This document shows, piece by piece, positions 13,175 through 26,300 of a stretch of 61,153 nt of DNA. The DNA is from Nemertoderma westbladi (Eukaryota > Animalia > Xenacoelomorpha). A model generated the notes under the pieces. It ran no database searches and was not told where the DNA came from. It saw nothing but the letters and a program-made list of their open reading frames with translations. The stretch spans positions 1 to 61,153 of the forward strand of contig JAUCBJ010006486.1 in NCBI GenBank assembly GCA_032718475.1. The letters run 5' to 3'. Every line of letters starts with the position of its first letter. Within the stretch, counting starts at the first letter, position 1. The position numbers and the translations under genes are program-made.

Positions 13175-16024
13175 CTAATGGGTTCGATGGATGTTGTATA
13201 GACTCCCTATTGGGTGCGGTCCGTCCGTCCTATCTGTTGTTGACTTTGCTTGTTGCGTCGGATATATCATTGGGGGTAACGGCCCCCTCCATATTTCCGT
13301 GTCGCACGATCTGTTCTCGTCCAAGGGGTTCGATGTTCTCGCTCCTATTGGGGTATATTGTTGATATTGTGATGGGGGAATGTCACCCTGTCCCCCCCCC
13401 ACCGGTATGTTTGGTACTGGGGTTGATGTTAATATATTGGGGCCCATACATCTATCTGCAATAATTCCCCCCTCCCCTGGATATATGTTGTGTCCCTGGA
13501 AATTATAGTCATGCTGCTGTACCGGTACCGATATAGGCCTATCTCACTTCTTGCCTACCTACCGGTATGTACTCCGCGACTTCCGGGTTTAATCCCGTCG
13601 TCCGCGCTACCCTATCGCCTACTCTATCTCTCCCAGCATGGCCTATAATAGTATGTGCAGTAAGGCCTACAGTATGTCCTGCAGTCTGCATGTGCCCTTC
13701 CGAACCGAAGTTTATTCTTCGCGAATCTCGAATCTCCCCGCGACTACCGTACTCTCGATCGGCAGCTATATCACGTCGGGAAGTTTCCCTTCGATCCCCT
13801 ATCCTGCTCTCGTCTTCGTATCGGTACATCCTGTACCCCTCTCTTAGCGTGTCGGTGCGTTTCTCCGGGGCGACGGCAATCTCCCGAAGTCCGACCCCAC
13901 TGACTCCCTAATTCCCTCTCTACTATCGACGGCTCGCTATCCATCCTCGCTCTCCGGTTGCTCCTAGCAACGACTCTTCTACTATCTTCCCTTCTTCTCT
14001 CTTCGACCTCTCGGTTAAACTCTGCTAATCTTCTTCTATCTTCGACCTCTCTATTATACTCTACTAATCTTCTCCTATCTTCGACCTCTCTATTAAACTC
14101 TACTAATCTTCTCTCTTCTGACTGGGCTCGACGTTCCGTCGCCCGCCCTCTCGCGACGTCAACCTGTCTCTCTCTGCTCGATCGCACGCCGCTGGGGATA
14201 CTCGCAATCCCCCTATTACTCTCCGTCGCCGGGTGTTGCGGTTTACCTAATTCGGCCCGCGCATTATCCGCCGACGCCTGTGGGACACTCTCTGCCCCCC
14301 CTCTCTCGCTACTAATCTCTCGCGGTGGGGTGCCCGTAGCCCCCCCCCCCCACCCGCCACTTCTAACTTCACTATCTCTTACTACACTTCTGCGTCCCTC
14401 TTGTCGGACACTCTCTACCCCCTTTCTCTCGCCACTAATCTTCTGTGGTGGGGCGCCCGTAGCCCCCCCCCCCCACCCGCCACTTCTAACTTCAATATCT
14501 CTTACTTCGTCTCTACACCCCTCTCTAGTCGACACACTGTCTCTACTGCGGCCGGGTCTATTCACCCCCGCCTCTCTCTCTACTACTGCGTGGCCTACCA
14601 GGCCCACCTCGGGTTGGCTCAACCGCGCCACTTCCTGCCTACTAACTACGTGGCCTACCAGGCCGCCGTCGGGTTGGCGCAACCCCGCCACTTCCTGCCT
14701 ACTAACTACGTGGCCTACCAGGCCGCCGTCTGCCGGGCTATACACGTCTGACGCGTTCACATTAATAGCACCATTCCCAATATTATTTGTTAAATCAATT
14801 AAATTATTAGAATTTGAAATGGGATTATTATTTAAATTATTTAAGTTAGAATTATTATTATTTTCAAAATTTAAATTGCTATTCGAATTATTTGAATTAT
14901 TTTGATTATTCTGAATATTTGAATTAATATTATTATTTGAATTTAAACTTAAATTACTACTACCGGGTAAAATATTTCCTGTAATAAAGGGATTAGGGTT
15001 ATTTACTACGGTACTATTAATACCAACATTTCCTAACGTACTACTACTACCCCCCTCGCCCGTACGGTTGCTGTACGTACTGTAAGTGTACCGCACGCTC
15101 TGTTCTCTTGCCTCACGCTCTTCGCGTTCACTCTCTTGCTCCTTCCCTCTCCCCATTATCCGGCTCTAATTCTTTCACCCTTAATTTATATGCCAGGCGT
15201 TCACTCTCTCGCACCCGTCTTTCTTTTGCGGAGGATGTAGCAGACTTATCGGTTGCGACGGACTTCCGCCGCCCCTCCGTCCTACTAACTTTCCCCCGTT
15301 TTCCGGGGTCCTCGCTGACCGACGAGGCCGAATCCTCGGAGCTAACCTCGGATTCGCCCTCGTGCGGTCCCGCCCAACCCACTAACTTAACTTCCCTGGC
15401 ATCGACTAAGTATGGCCCTATGTACACTACACCAGGCCCCATACCCCTACGTTCCCATAGCCCAAACAGTTCGAAGGCAACCCCTCTCGCTCTCTCCTCG
15501 GCCAGTTCTCCCTGCCCAGAACGCACTAGGTAATCAAAGTATCTGTTCGACTCACCTAGTCGTCTCCTCAACTTCACCTGGTCTATCTCAGCCCCTCCTC
15601 TAGCTTCCTTCAGTTGTTCCCGGGTCGCGGCGTAGGCTCGTCGGAGCCGGACGACCCCGACGTCCTCGTCGTCGACATCTCCTCTCTCCCTCTGGGTTCG
15701 GCGTCGTACCGTCGGCTCCACCGTTGCCGTTCCGGTGGGCCGTCCGTCGCCCTCGGCCTGTGGCTGACCGGCGACATCGGTATATCGACCACCGTCGTGT
15801 GTCGACTCGTATCTCTCCTCCCCCGTCTCGCTCTCTCCTCTACTCGACTCGCTCTCTCGCTGTAGACGACCCCCCACATCTTGGTTCGCCGGGTTGCTCG
15901 TTATCGACGTGGTCGACGTAGCATCGACCGGCGTCGTGGGTCCGTATCGTCTCGCCGTGGCCTCGCGGATCGTTAGATCGTCGTCCGGGGTCCGCGGCGG
16001 TGTCGCTTCTCCTCCTCTACTCAT
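13175..16024 (-). pseudogene. E1 Gag N-terminal region, low complexity, broken into several frames
   Basis: ORFs 15128-16024, 13771-15156, 13539-13829 and 13175-13447 are collinear with the E2 ORFs; Asn-rich, Arg/Glu-rich and GGLVGHVV repeats. Confidence 0.8.
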
Positions 16025-16086
16025 CTTCGTCTTCTGTGTTCTGTCTGTGTCTGGCAGTTACAGTTCGGCAGGCCTAGAGTTAAGAC

Positions 16087-16636
16087 TGTGACGGGATCCG
16101 AGAGGATCCCGGTTTATCCGGTGTTGTTTCGTACGCGTCCCCGCCGTGTGAATGAAAGAAAAGAGTTTGTCGTTCTTCCAGTGTTATTGATAATATGTAT
16201 ATGAGATAGACGGAGTAATGCAGTAATGATAGCACAGTATACCGGTAGTGATATGGTAGTATATATTGGTGACGGCGGTGATGGTCTTAACTGTCACCGT
16301 TCTGCCTGACTGTACTGAGATGACTGAATGAGTATTGCATCGACCGGTAATATATATTGCACGGGTTTGGCCGTTACAGTACTTAGTCGATGCTGTCCCC
16401 CCATTGGCTAATATCCCTGTTGGCACCCTTTGCCCCCCTCTGAAGTGCTTCCCTTCGCCCTTGCTGTTCTCTCTTGGTTAGGGGTTTGGCCCCTGACCCT
16501 CCATTGTGTGTTTCTCCTTCCCTTCCCACTTTATTGGGGTAACACGAGGTTGATATTGGTAATCAACCTCGTGCTCCCAATATTGCTTAATGGCTCACTC
16601 TATGGGTTTGTGTTAGCGGAATTGGATAAGCTAACA
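16087..16636 (-). repeat. E1 5' LTR (550 bp)
   Basis: Sense TGTTAG...GTCACA; gag ATG at 16024 follows a 62-nt leader. Confidence 0.97.
16323..16356 (-). promoter_or_regulatory. Putative E1 LTR core promoter (TATA-like plus Inr-like TCATTCAGT)
   Basis: TATATA (16351-16356) about 25 nt upstream of TCATTCAGT (16331-16323); same arrangement in the diverged E2 LTR. Confidence 0.55.
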
Positions 16637-16641
16637 TGCTG

Positions 16642-16800
16642 TATGTGGCTGGGAAATACTTTATTCTACTTTTCGCAAGAAACTGAGATTATTCATGAAT
16701 TCCAAGCGCACTAACTTGGGTTGGACTGGTTCCTCTGATTACATCAAGTTACTATCGGGATTATTTGGACTCTATACATACTGTAAATCTAACTATTTAA
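16642..16800 (+). pseudogene. OTU-like cysteine protease remnant, 3' part
   Basis: Removing E1 and one TSD joins the frame into ...AYAVCGWEILYSTFRKKLRLFMNSKRTNLGWTGSSDYIKLLSGLF, consistent with the OTU helices after the Cys motif. Confidence 0.6.
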
Positions 16801-17354
16801 TTTTTTTTATTCACATACATACCCACAGTATCATATTATCGACCTCTTAGAACAATATCCAGCCATGTATACATTTTGTCAATCCGAGGAAAACGCGTTT
16901 AAGCAAAATCCTATATATATACAGTATATCCTACAAAATAATGTGATAAAATGAGCTAAGTCCATGGACATGGCTCATTGTTGTAAAATCCACCCTTGTT
17001 ATTGGACATGGCTCATTTCTCCGAAATTGTGATTTGGACATGCGTTTTACGACTTGCCACATCTGCTAGTTTGAATGTAGATATGGACTTGAGCCTTTTA
17101 TCATGGCAACTACTTTAGCAATTTTAACATACTGTATTGTGGACTGGACATGGCTGGTTATGATGGTTCTAAGGGGTCATCCATGTTGAAAGAATGTATC
17201 TGTAAAATAATTAGTTCAAAAATATGTGTGTTGGGAAATAGCTCAATATAGTAGGCCTAATACAAATATAAGATGAAGAAGAACAGTGTGATAAAAAAAT
17301 GAAATTACTATATTTTGAATACTAATAACACTGAAGAATAGTAGGCCTATAAGG

Positions 17355-20300
17355 GGATTCATTTAAACCCAGAGACGTCTTTGAATCCTACAGTAGGTTG
17401 TATTGAATCCCGTTGATCAACGGATTCATTTAAACCCAGAGACGTCTTTGAAACCTACAGTAGGTTGTATTGAATCCCGTTGATCAACGGATTCATTTAA
17501 ACCCAGAGACGTCTTTGAAACCTACAGTAGGTTGTATTGAATCCCGTTGATCAACGGATTCATTTAAACCCAGAGACGTCTTTGAAACCTACAGTAGGTT
17601 GCATTGAATCCCGTTGATCAACGGATTCATTTAAACCCTGAGACGTCTTTGAATCCTACAGTAGGTTGTATTGAATCCCGTTGATCAACGGATTCATTTA
17701 AACCCAGAGACGTCTTTGAAACCTACAGTAGGTTGTATTGAATCCCGTTGATCAACGGATTCATTTAAACCCAGAGACGTCTTTGAAACCTACAGTAGGT
17801 TGTATTGAATCCCGTTGATCAACGGATTCATTTAAACCCAGAGACGTCTTTGAATCCTACAGTAGGTTGTATTGAATCCCGTTGATCAACGGATTCATTT
17901 AAACCCAGAGACGTCTTTGAAACCTACAGTAGGTTGTATTGAATCCCGTTGATCAACGGATTCATTTAAACCCTGAGACGTCTTTGAATCCTACAGTAGG
18001 TTGTATTGAATCCCGTTGATCAACGGATTCATTTAAACCCAGAGACGTCTTTGAAACCTACAGTAGGTTGTATTGAATCCCGTTGATCAACGGATTCATT
18101 TAAACCCAGAGACGTCTTTGAAACCTACAGTAGGTTGGATTGAATCCCGTTGATCAACGGATTCATTTAAACCTAGAGACGTCTTTGAAACCTACAGTAG
18201 GTTGTATTGAATCCCGTTGATCAACGGATTCATTTAAACCCAGAGACGTCTTTGAAACCTACAGTAGGTTGTATTGAATCCCGTTGATCAAGGGATTCAT
18301 TTAAACCCAGAGATGTCTTTGAAACCTACAGTAGGTTGTATTGAATCCCGTTGATCAACGGATTCATTTAAACCCAGAGACGTCTTTGAAACCTACAGTA
18401 GGTTGTATTGAATCCCGTTGATCAACGGATTCATTTAAACCCAGAGACGTCTTTGAAACCTAGAGTAGGTTGTATTGAATCCCGTTGATCAAGGGATTCA
18501 TTTAAACCCAGAGACGTCTTTGAATCCTACAGTAGGTTGTATTGAATCCCGTTGATCAACGGATTCATTTAAACCCAGAGACGTCTTTGAAACCTACAGT
18601 AGGTTGTATTGAATCCCGTTGATCAAGGGATTCATTTAAACCCAGAGACGTCTTTGAAACCTACAGTAGGTTGTATTGAATCCCGTTGATCAACGGATTC
18701 ATTTAAACCCAGAGACGTCTTTGAAACCTACAGTAGGTTGTACTGAATCCCGTTGATCAAGGGATTCATTTAAACCCAGAGACGTCTTTGAAACCTACAA
18801 TAGGTTGTATTGAATCCCGTTGATCAACGGATTCATTTAAACCCAGAGACGTCTTTGAAACCTACAGTAGGTTGTATTGAATCCCGTTGATCAACGGATT
18901 CATTTAAACCCAGAGACGTCTTTGAAACCTACAGTAGGTTGTATTGAATCCCGTTGATCAACGGATTCATTTAAACCCAGAGACGTCTTTGAAACCTACA
19001 GTAGGTTGGATTGAATCCCGTTGATCAACGGATTCATTTAAACCCAGAGACGTCTTTGAAACCTACAGTAGGTTGTATTGAATCCCGTTGATCAACGGAT
19101 TCATTTAAACCCAGAGACGTCTTTGAAACCTACAGTAGGTTGGATTGAATCCCGTTGATCAACGGATTCATTTAAACCCAGAGACGTCTTTGAAACCTAC
19201 AGTAGGTTTTGTATTGAATCCCGTTGATCAACGGATTCATTTAAACCCAGAGACGTCTTTGAAACCTACAGTAGGTTGTATTGAATCCCGTTGATCAAGG
19301 GATTCATTTAAACCCAGAGACGTCTTTGAAACCTACAATAGGTTGTATTGAATCCCGTTGATCAACGGATTCATTTAAACCCAGAGACGTCTTTGAAACC
19401 TACAGTAGGTTGTATTGAATCCCGTTGATCAACGGATTCATTTAAACCCAGAGACTGCTTTGAAACCTAAAGTAGGTTGTATTGAATCCCGTTGATCAAC
19501 GGATTCATTTAAACCCAGAGACGTCTTTGAAACCTACAGTAGGTTGTATTGAATCCCGTTGATCAACGGATTCATTTAAACCCAGAGACGTCTTTGAAAC
19601 CTACAGTAGGTTGTATTGAATCCCGTTGATCAACGGATTCATTTAAACCCAGAGACGTCTTTGAAACCTACAGTAGGTTGTATTGAATCCCGTTGATCAA
19701 CGGATTCATTTAAACCCAGAGACGTCTTTGAAACCTACAGTAGGTTGTATTGAATCCCGTTGATCAACGGATTCATTTAAACCCAGAGACGTCTTTGAAA
19801 CCTACAGTAGGTTGGATTGAATCCCGTTGATCAACGGATTCATTTAAACCCAGAGACGTCTTTGAAACCTACAGTAGGTTGTATTGAATCCCGTTGATCA
19901 ACGGATTCATTTAAACCCAGAGACGTCTTTGAAACCTACAGTAGGTTGGATTGAATCCCGTTGATCAACGGATTCATTTAAACCCAGAGACGTCTTTGAA
20001 ACCTACAGTAGGTTGGATTGAATCCCGTTGATCAACGGATTCATTTAAACCCAGAGACGTCTTTGAAACCTACAGTAGGTTGTATTGAATCCCGTTGATC
20101 AACGGATTCATTTAAACCCAGAGACGTCTTTGAAACCTACAGTAGGTTGTATTGAATCCCGTTGATCAACGGATTCATTTAAACCCAGAGACGTCTTTGA
20201 AACCTACAGTAGGTTGTATTGAATCCCGTTGATCAACGGATTCATTTAAACCCAGAGACGTCTTTGAAACCTACAGTAGGTTGTATTGAATCCCGTTGAT

Positions 20301-23300
20301 CAACGGATTCATTTAAACCCAGAGACGTCTTTGAAACCTACAGTAGGTTGTATTGAATCCCGTTGATCAACGGATTCATTTAAACCCAGAGACGTGCTTT
20401 GAAACCTACAGTAGGTTGTATTGAATCCCGTTGATCAACGGATTCATTTAAACCCAGAGACGTCTTTGAAACCTACAGTAGGTTGTATTGAATCCCGTTG
20501 ATCAACGGATTCATTTAAACCCAGAGACGTCTTTGAAACCTACAGTAGGTTGTATTGAATCCCGTTGATCAACGGATTCATTTAAACCCAGAGACGTCTT
20601 TGAAACCTACAGTAGGTTGTATTGAATCCCGTTGATCAACGGATTCATTTAAACCCAGAGACGTCTTTGAAACCTACAGTAGGTTGTATTGAATCCCGTT
20701 GATCAATGGATTCATTTAAACCCAGAGACGTCTTTGAATCCTACAGTAGGTTGTATTGAATCCCGTTGATCAACGGATTCATTTAAACCCAGAGACGTCT
20801 TTGAAACCTACAGTAGGTTGTATTGAATCCCGTTGATCAACGGATTCATTTAAACCCAGAGACGTCTTTGAAACCTACAGTAGGTTGTATTGAATCCCGT
20901 TGATCAATGGATTCATTTAAACCCAGAGACGTCTTTGAATCCTACAGTAGGTTGTATTGAATCCCGTTGATCAACGGATTCATTTAAACCCAGAGACGTC
21001 TTTGAAACCTACAGTAGGTTGTATTGAATCCCGTTGATCAACGGATTCATTTAAACCCAGAGACGTCTTTGAAACCTACAGTAGGTTGTATTGAATCCCG
21101 TTGATCAACGGATTCATTTAAACCCAGAGACGTCTTTGAATCCTACAGTAGGTTGTATTGAATCCCGTTGATCAACGGATTCATTTAAACCCAGAGACGT
21201 CTTTGAAACCTACAGTAGGTTGTATTGAATCCCGTTGATCAACGGATTCATTTAAACCCAGAGACGTCTTTGAAACCTACAGTAGGTTGTATTGAATCCC
21301 GTTGATCAAGGGATTCATTTAAACCCAGAGACGTCTTTGAAACCTACAGTAGGTTGTATTGAATCCCGTTGATCAACGGATTCATTTAAACCCAGAGACG
21401 TCTTTGAAACCTACAGTAGGTTGTATTGAATCCCGTTGATCAAGGGATTCATTTAAACCCAGAGACGTCTTTGAATCCTACAGTAGGTTGTATTGAATCC
21501 CGTTGATCAACGGATTCATTTAAACCCAGAGACGTCTTTGAAACCTACAGTAGGTTGTATTGAATCCCGTTGATCAAGGGATTCATTTAAACCCAGAGAC
21601 GTCTTTGAAACCTACAGTAGGTTGTATTGAATCCCGTTGATCAACGGATTCATTTAAACCCAGAGACGTCTTTGAAACCTACAGTAGGTTGTATTGAATC
21701 CCGTTGATCAACGGATTCATTTAAACCCAGAGACGTCTTTGAAACCTACAGTAGGTTGTATTGAATCCCGTTGATCAACGGATTCATTTAAACCCAGAGA
21801 CGTCTTTGAAACCTACAGTAGGTTGTATTGAATCCCGTTGATCAACGGATTCATTTAAACCCAGAGACGTCTTTGAAACCTACAGTAGGTTGTATTGAAT
21901 CCCGTTGATCAACGGATTCATTTAAACCCAGAGACGTCTTTGAAACCTACAGTAGGTTGTATTGAATCCCGTTGATCAACGGATTCATTTAAACCCAGAG
22001 ACGTCTTTGAAACCTACAGTAGGTTGTATTGAATCCCGTTGATCAACGGATTCATTTAAACCCAGAGACGTCTTTGAAACCTACAGTAGGTTGTATTGAA
22101 TCCCGTTGATCAACGGATTCATTTAAACCCAGAGACGTCTTTGAAACCTACAGTAGGTTGTATTGAATCCCGTTGATCAACGGATTCATTTAAACCCAGA
22201 GACGTCTTTGAAACCTACAGTAGGTTGTATTGAATCCCGTTGATCAACGGATTCATTTAAACCCAGAGACGTCTTTGAAACCTACAGTAGGTTGTATTGA
22301 ATCCCGTTGATCAACGGATTCATTTAAACCCAGAGACGTCTTTGAAACCTACAGTAGGTTGTATTGAATCCCGTTGATCAACGGATTCATTTAAACCCAG
22401 AGACGTGCTTTGAAACCTACAGTAGGTTGTATTGAATCCCGTTGATCAACGGATTCATTTAAACCCAGAGACGTCTTTGAAACCTACAGTAGGTTGTATT
22501 GAATCCCGTTGATCAACGGATTCATTTAAACCCAGAGACGTCTTTGAAACCGACAGTAGGTTGTATTGAATCCCGTTGATCAACGGATTCATTTAAACCC
22601 AGAGACGTGCTTTGAAACCTACAGTAGGTTGTATTGAATCCCGTTGATCAACGGATTCATTTAAACCCAGAGACGTCTTTGAAACCTACAGTAGGTTGTA
22701 TTGAATCCCGTTGATCAACGGATTCATTTAAACCCAGAGACGTCTTTGAAACCTACAGTAGGTTGTATTGAATCCCGTTGATCAACGGATTCATTTAAAC
22801 CCAGAGACGTCTTTGAAACCTACAGTAGGTTGTATTGAATCCCGTTGATCAACGGATTCATTTAAACCCAGAGACGTCTTTGAAACCTACAGTAGGTTGT
22901 ATTGAATCCCGTTGATCAACGGATTCATTTAAACCCAGAGACGTCTTTGAAACCTACAGTAGGTTGTATTGAATCCCGTTGATCAAGGGATTCATTTAAA
23001 CCCAGAGACGTCTTTGAAACCTACAGTAGGTTGTATTGAATCCCGTTGATCAACGGATTCATTTAAACCCAGAGACGTCTTTGAAACCTACAGTAGGTTG
23101 TATTGAATCCCGTTGATCAACGGATTCATTTAAACCCAGAGACGTCTTTGAAACCTACAGTAGGTTGTATTGAATCCCGTTGATCAACGGATTCATTTAA
23201 ACCCAGAGACGTCTTTGAAACCTACAGTAGGTTGGATTGAATCCCGTTGATCAACGGATTCATTTAAACCCAGAGACGTCTTTGAAACCTACAGTAGGTT

Positions 23301-26300
23301 GTATTGAATCCCGTTGATCAACGGATTCATTTAAACCCAGAGACTGCTTTGAAACCTACAGTAGGTTGTATTGAATCCCGTTGATCAACGGATTCATTTA
23401 AACCCAGAGACGTCTTTGAAACCTACAGTAGGTTGTATTGAATCCCGTTGATCAACGGATTCATTTAAACCCAGAGACGTCTTTGAAACCTACAGTAGGT
23501 TGTATTGAATCCCGTTGATCAACGGATTCATTTAAACCCAGAGACGTCTTTGAAACCTACAGTAGGTTGTATTGAATCCCGTTGATCAACGGATTCATTT
23601 AAACCCAGAGACTGCTTTGAAACCTGCAGTAGGTTGTATTGAATCCCGTTGATCAACGGATTCATTTAAACCCAGAGACGTCTTTGAAACCTACAGTAGG
23701 TTGTATTGAATCCCGTTGATCAACGGATTCATTTAAACCCAGAGACGTCTTTGAAACCTACAGTAGGTTGTATTGAATCCCGTTGATCAACGGATTCATT
23801 TAAACCCAGAGACGTCTTTGAAACCTACAGTAGGTTGTATTGAATCCCGTTGATCAACGGATTCATTTAAACCCAGAGACGTCTTTGAAACCTACAGTAG
23901 GTTGTATTGAATCCCGTTGATCAACGGATTCATTTAAACCCAGAGACGTCTTTGAAACCTACAGTAGGTTGTATTGAATCCCGTTGATCAAGGGATTCAT
24001 TTAAACCCAGAGACGTCTTTGAAACCTACAGTAGGTTGTATTGAATCCCGTTGATCAACGGATTCATTTAAACCCAGAGACGTCTTTGAAACCTACAGTA
24101 GGTTGTATTGAATCCCGTTGATCAACGGATTCATTTAAACCCAGAGACGTCTTTGAAACCTACAGTAGGTTGTATTGAATCCCGTTGATCAACGGATTCA
24201 TTTAAACCCAGAGACGTCTTTGAAACCTACAGTAGGTTGGATTGAATCCCGTTGATCAACGGATTCATTTAAACCCAGAGACGTCTTTGAAACCTACAGT
24301 AGGTTGTATTGAATCCCGTTGATCAACGGATTCATTTAAACCCAGAGACGTCTTTGAAACCTACAGTAGGTTGGATTGAATCCCGTTGATCAACGGATTC
24401 ATTTAAACCCAGAGACGTCTTTGAAACCTACAGTAGGTTGTATTGAATCCCGTTGATCAACGGATTCATTTAAACCCAGAGACGTCTTTGAAACCTACAG
24501 TAGGTTGTATTGAATCCCGTTGATCAAGGGATTCATTTAAACCCAGAGACGTCTTTGAAACCTACAGTAGGTTGTATTGAATCCCGTTGATCAACGGATT
24601 CATTTAAACCCAGAGACGTCTTTGAAACCGACAGTAGGTTGTATTGAATCCCGTTGATCAACGGATTCATTTAAACCCAGAGACTGCTTTGAAACCTACA
24701 GTAGGTTGTATTGAATCCCGTTGATCAACGGATTCATTTAAACCCAGAGACGTCTTTGAAACCTACAGTAGGTTGTATTGAATCCCGTTGATCAACGGAT
24801 TCATTTAAACCCAGAGACGTCTTTGAAACCGACAGTAGGTTGTATTGAATCCCGTTGATCAACGGATTCATTTAAACCCAGAGACTGCTTTGAAACCTAC
24901 AGTAGGTTGTATTGAATCCCGTTGATCAACGGATTCATTTAAACCCAGAGACGTCTTTGAAACCTACAGTAGGTTGTATTGAATCCCGTTGATCAACGGA
25001 TTCATTTAAACCCAGAGACGTCTTTGAAACCTACAGTAGGTTGTATTGAATCCCGTTGATCAACGGATTCATTTAAACCCAGAGACGTCTTTGAAACCTA
25101 CAGTAGGTTGTATTGAATCCCGTTGATCAACGGATTCATTTAAACCCAGAGACGTCTTTGAAACCTACAGTAGGTTGTATTGAATCCCGTTGATCAACGG
25201 ATTCATTTAAACCCAGAGACGTCTTTGAAACCTACAGTAGGTTGTATTGAATCCCGTTGATCAACGGATTCATTTAAACCCAGAGACTGCTTTGAAACCT
25301 ACAGTAGGTTGTATTGAATCCCGTTGATCAACGGATTCATTTAAACCCAGAGACGTCTTTGAAACCTACAGTAGGTTGTATTGAATCCCGTTGATCAACG
25401 GATTCATTTAAACCCAGAGACGTCTTTGAAACCTACAGTAGGTTGTATTGAATCCCGTTGATCAACGGATTCATTTAAACCCAGAGACGTCTTTGAAACC
25501 TACAGTAGGTTGTATTGAATCCCGTTGATCAACGGATTCATTTAAACCCAGAGACGTGCTTTGAAACCTACAGTAGGTTGTATTGAATCCCGTTGATCAA
25601 CGGATTCATTTAAACCCAGAGACGTCTTTGAAACCTACAGTAGGTTGTATTGAATCCCGTTGATCAACGGATTCATTTAAACCCAGAGACGTCTTTGAAA
25701 CCTACAGTAGGTTGTATTGAATCCCGTTGATCAACGGATTCATTTAAACCCAGAGACGTCTTTGAAACCTACAGTAGGTTGTATTGAATCCCGTTGATCA
25801 ACGGATTCATTTAAACCCAGAGACGTCTTTGAAACCTACAGTAGGTTGTATTGAATCCCGTTGATCAACGGATTCATTTAAACCCAGAGACGTCTTTGAA
25901 ACCTACAGTAGGTTGGATTGAATCCCGTTGATCAACGGATTCATTTAAACCCAGAGACGTCTTTGAAACCTACAGTAGGTTGTATTGAATCCCGTTGATC
26001 AACGGATTCATTTAAACCCAGAGACGTCTTTGAAACCTACAGTAGGTTGGATTGAATCCCGTTGATCAACGGATTCATTTAAACCCAGAGACGTCTTTGA
26101 AACCTACAGTAGGTTGGATTGAATCCCGTTGATCAACGGATTCATTTAAACCCAGAGACGTCTTTGAAACCTACAGTAGGTTGTATTGAATCCCGTTGAT
26201 CAACGGATTCATTTAAACCCAGAGACGTCTTTGAAACCTACAGTAGGTTGTATTGAATCCCGTTGATCAACGGATTCATTTAAACCCAGAGACGTCTTTG

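Larger units (their letters stand above)
9133..16636 (-). mobile_element. E1: non-autonomous BEL/Pao LTR retrotransposon, 7504 bp, gag-protease only
   Basis: 550-bp LTRs (TG...CA), 5-bp TSD TGCTG (9128-9132, 16637-16641), PPT at 9683-9691, BEL-type gag and protease, no RT/RNaseH/IN motifs. Confidence 0.95.

Noticed and set aside
11162-16091. Plus-strand ORFs over E1 (and minus-strand ORFs over E2, plus-strand ORFs over E3)
   Set aside because: Antisense shadows of biased gag/pol sequence with no motifs.
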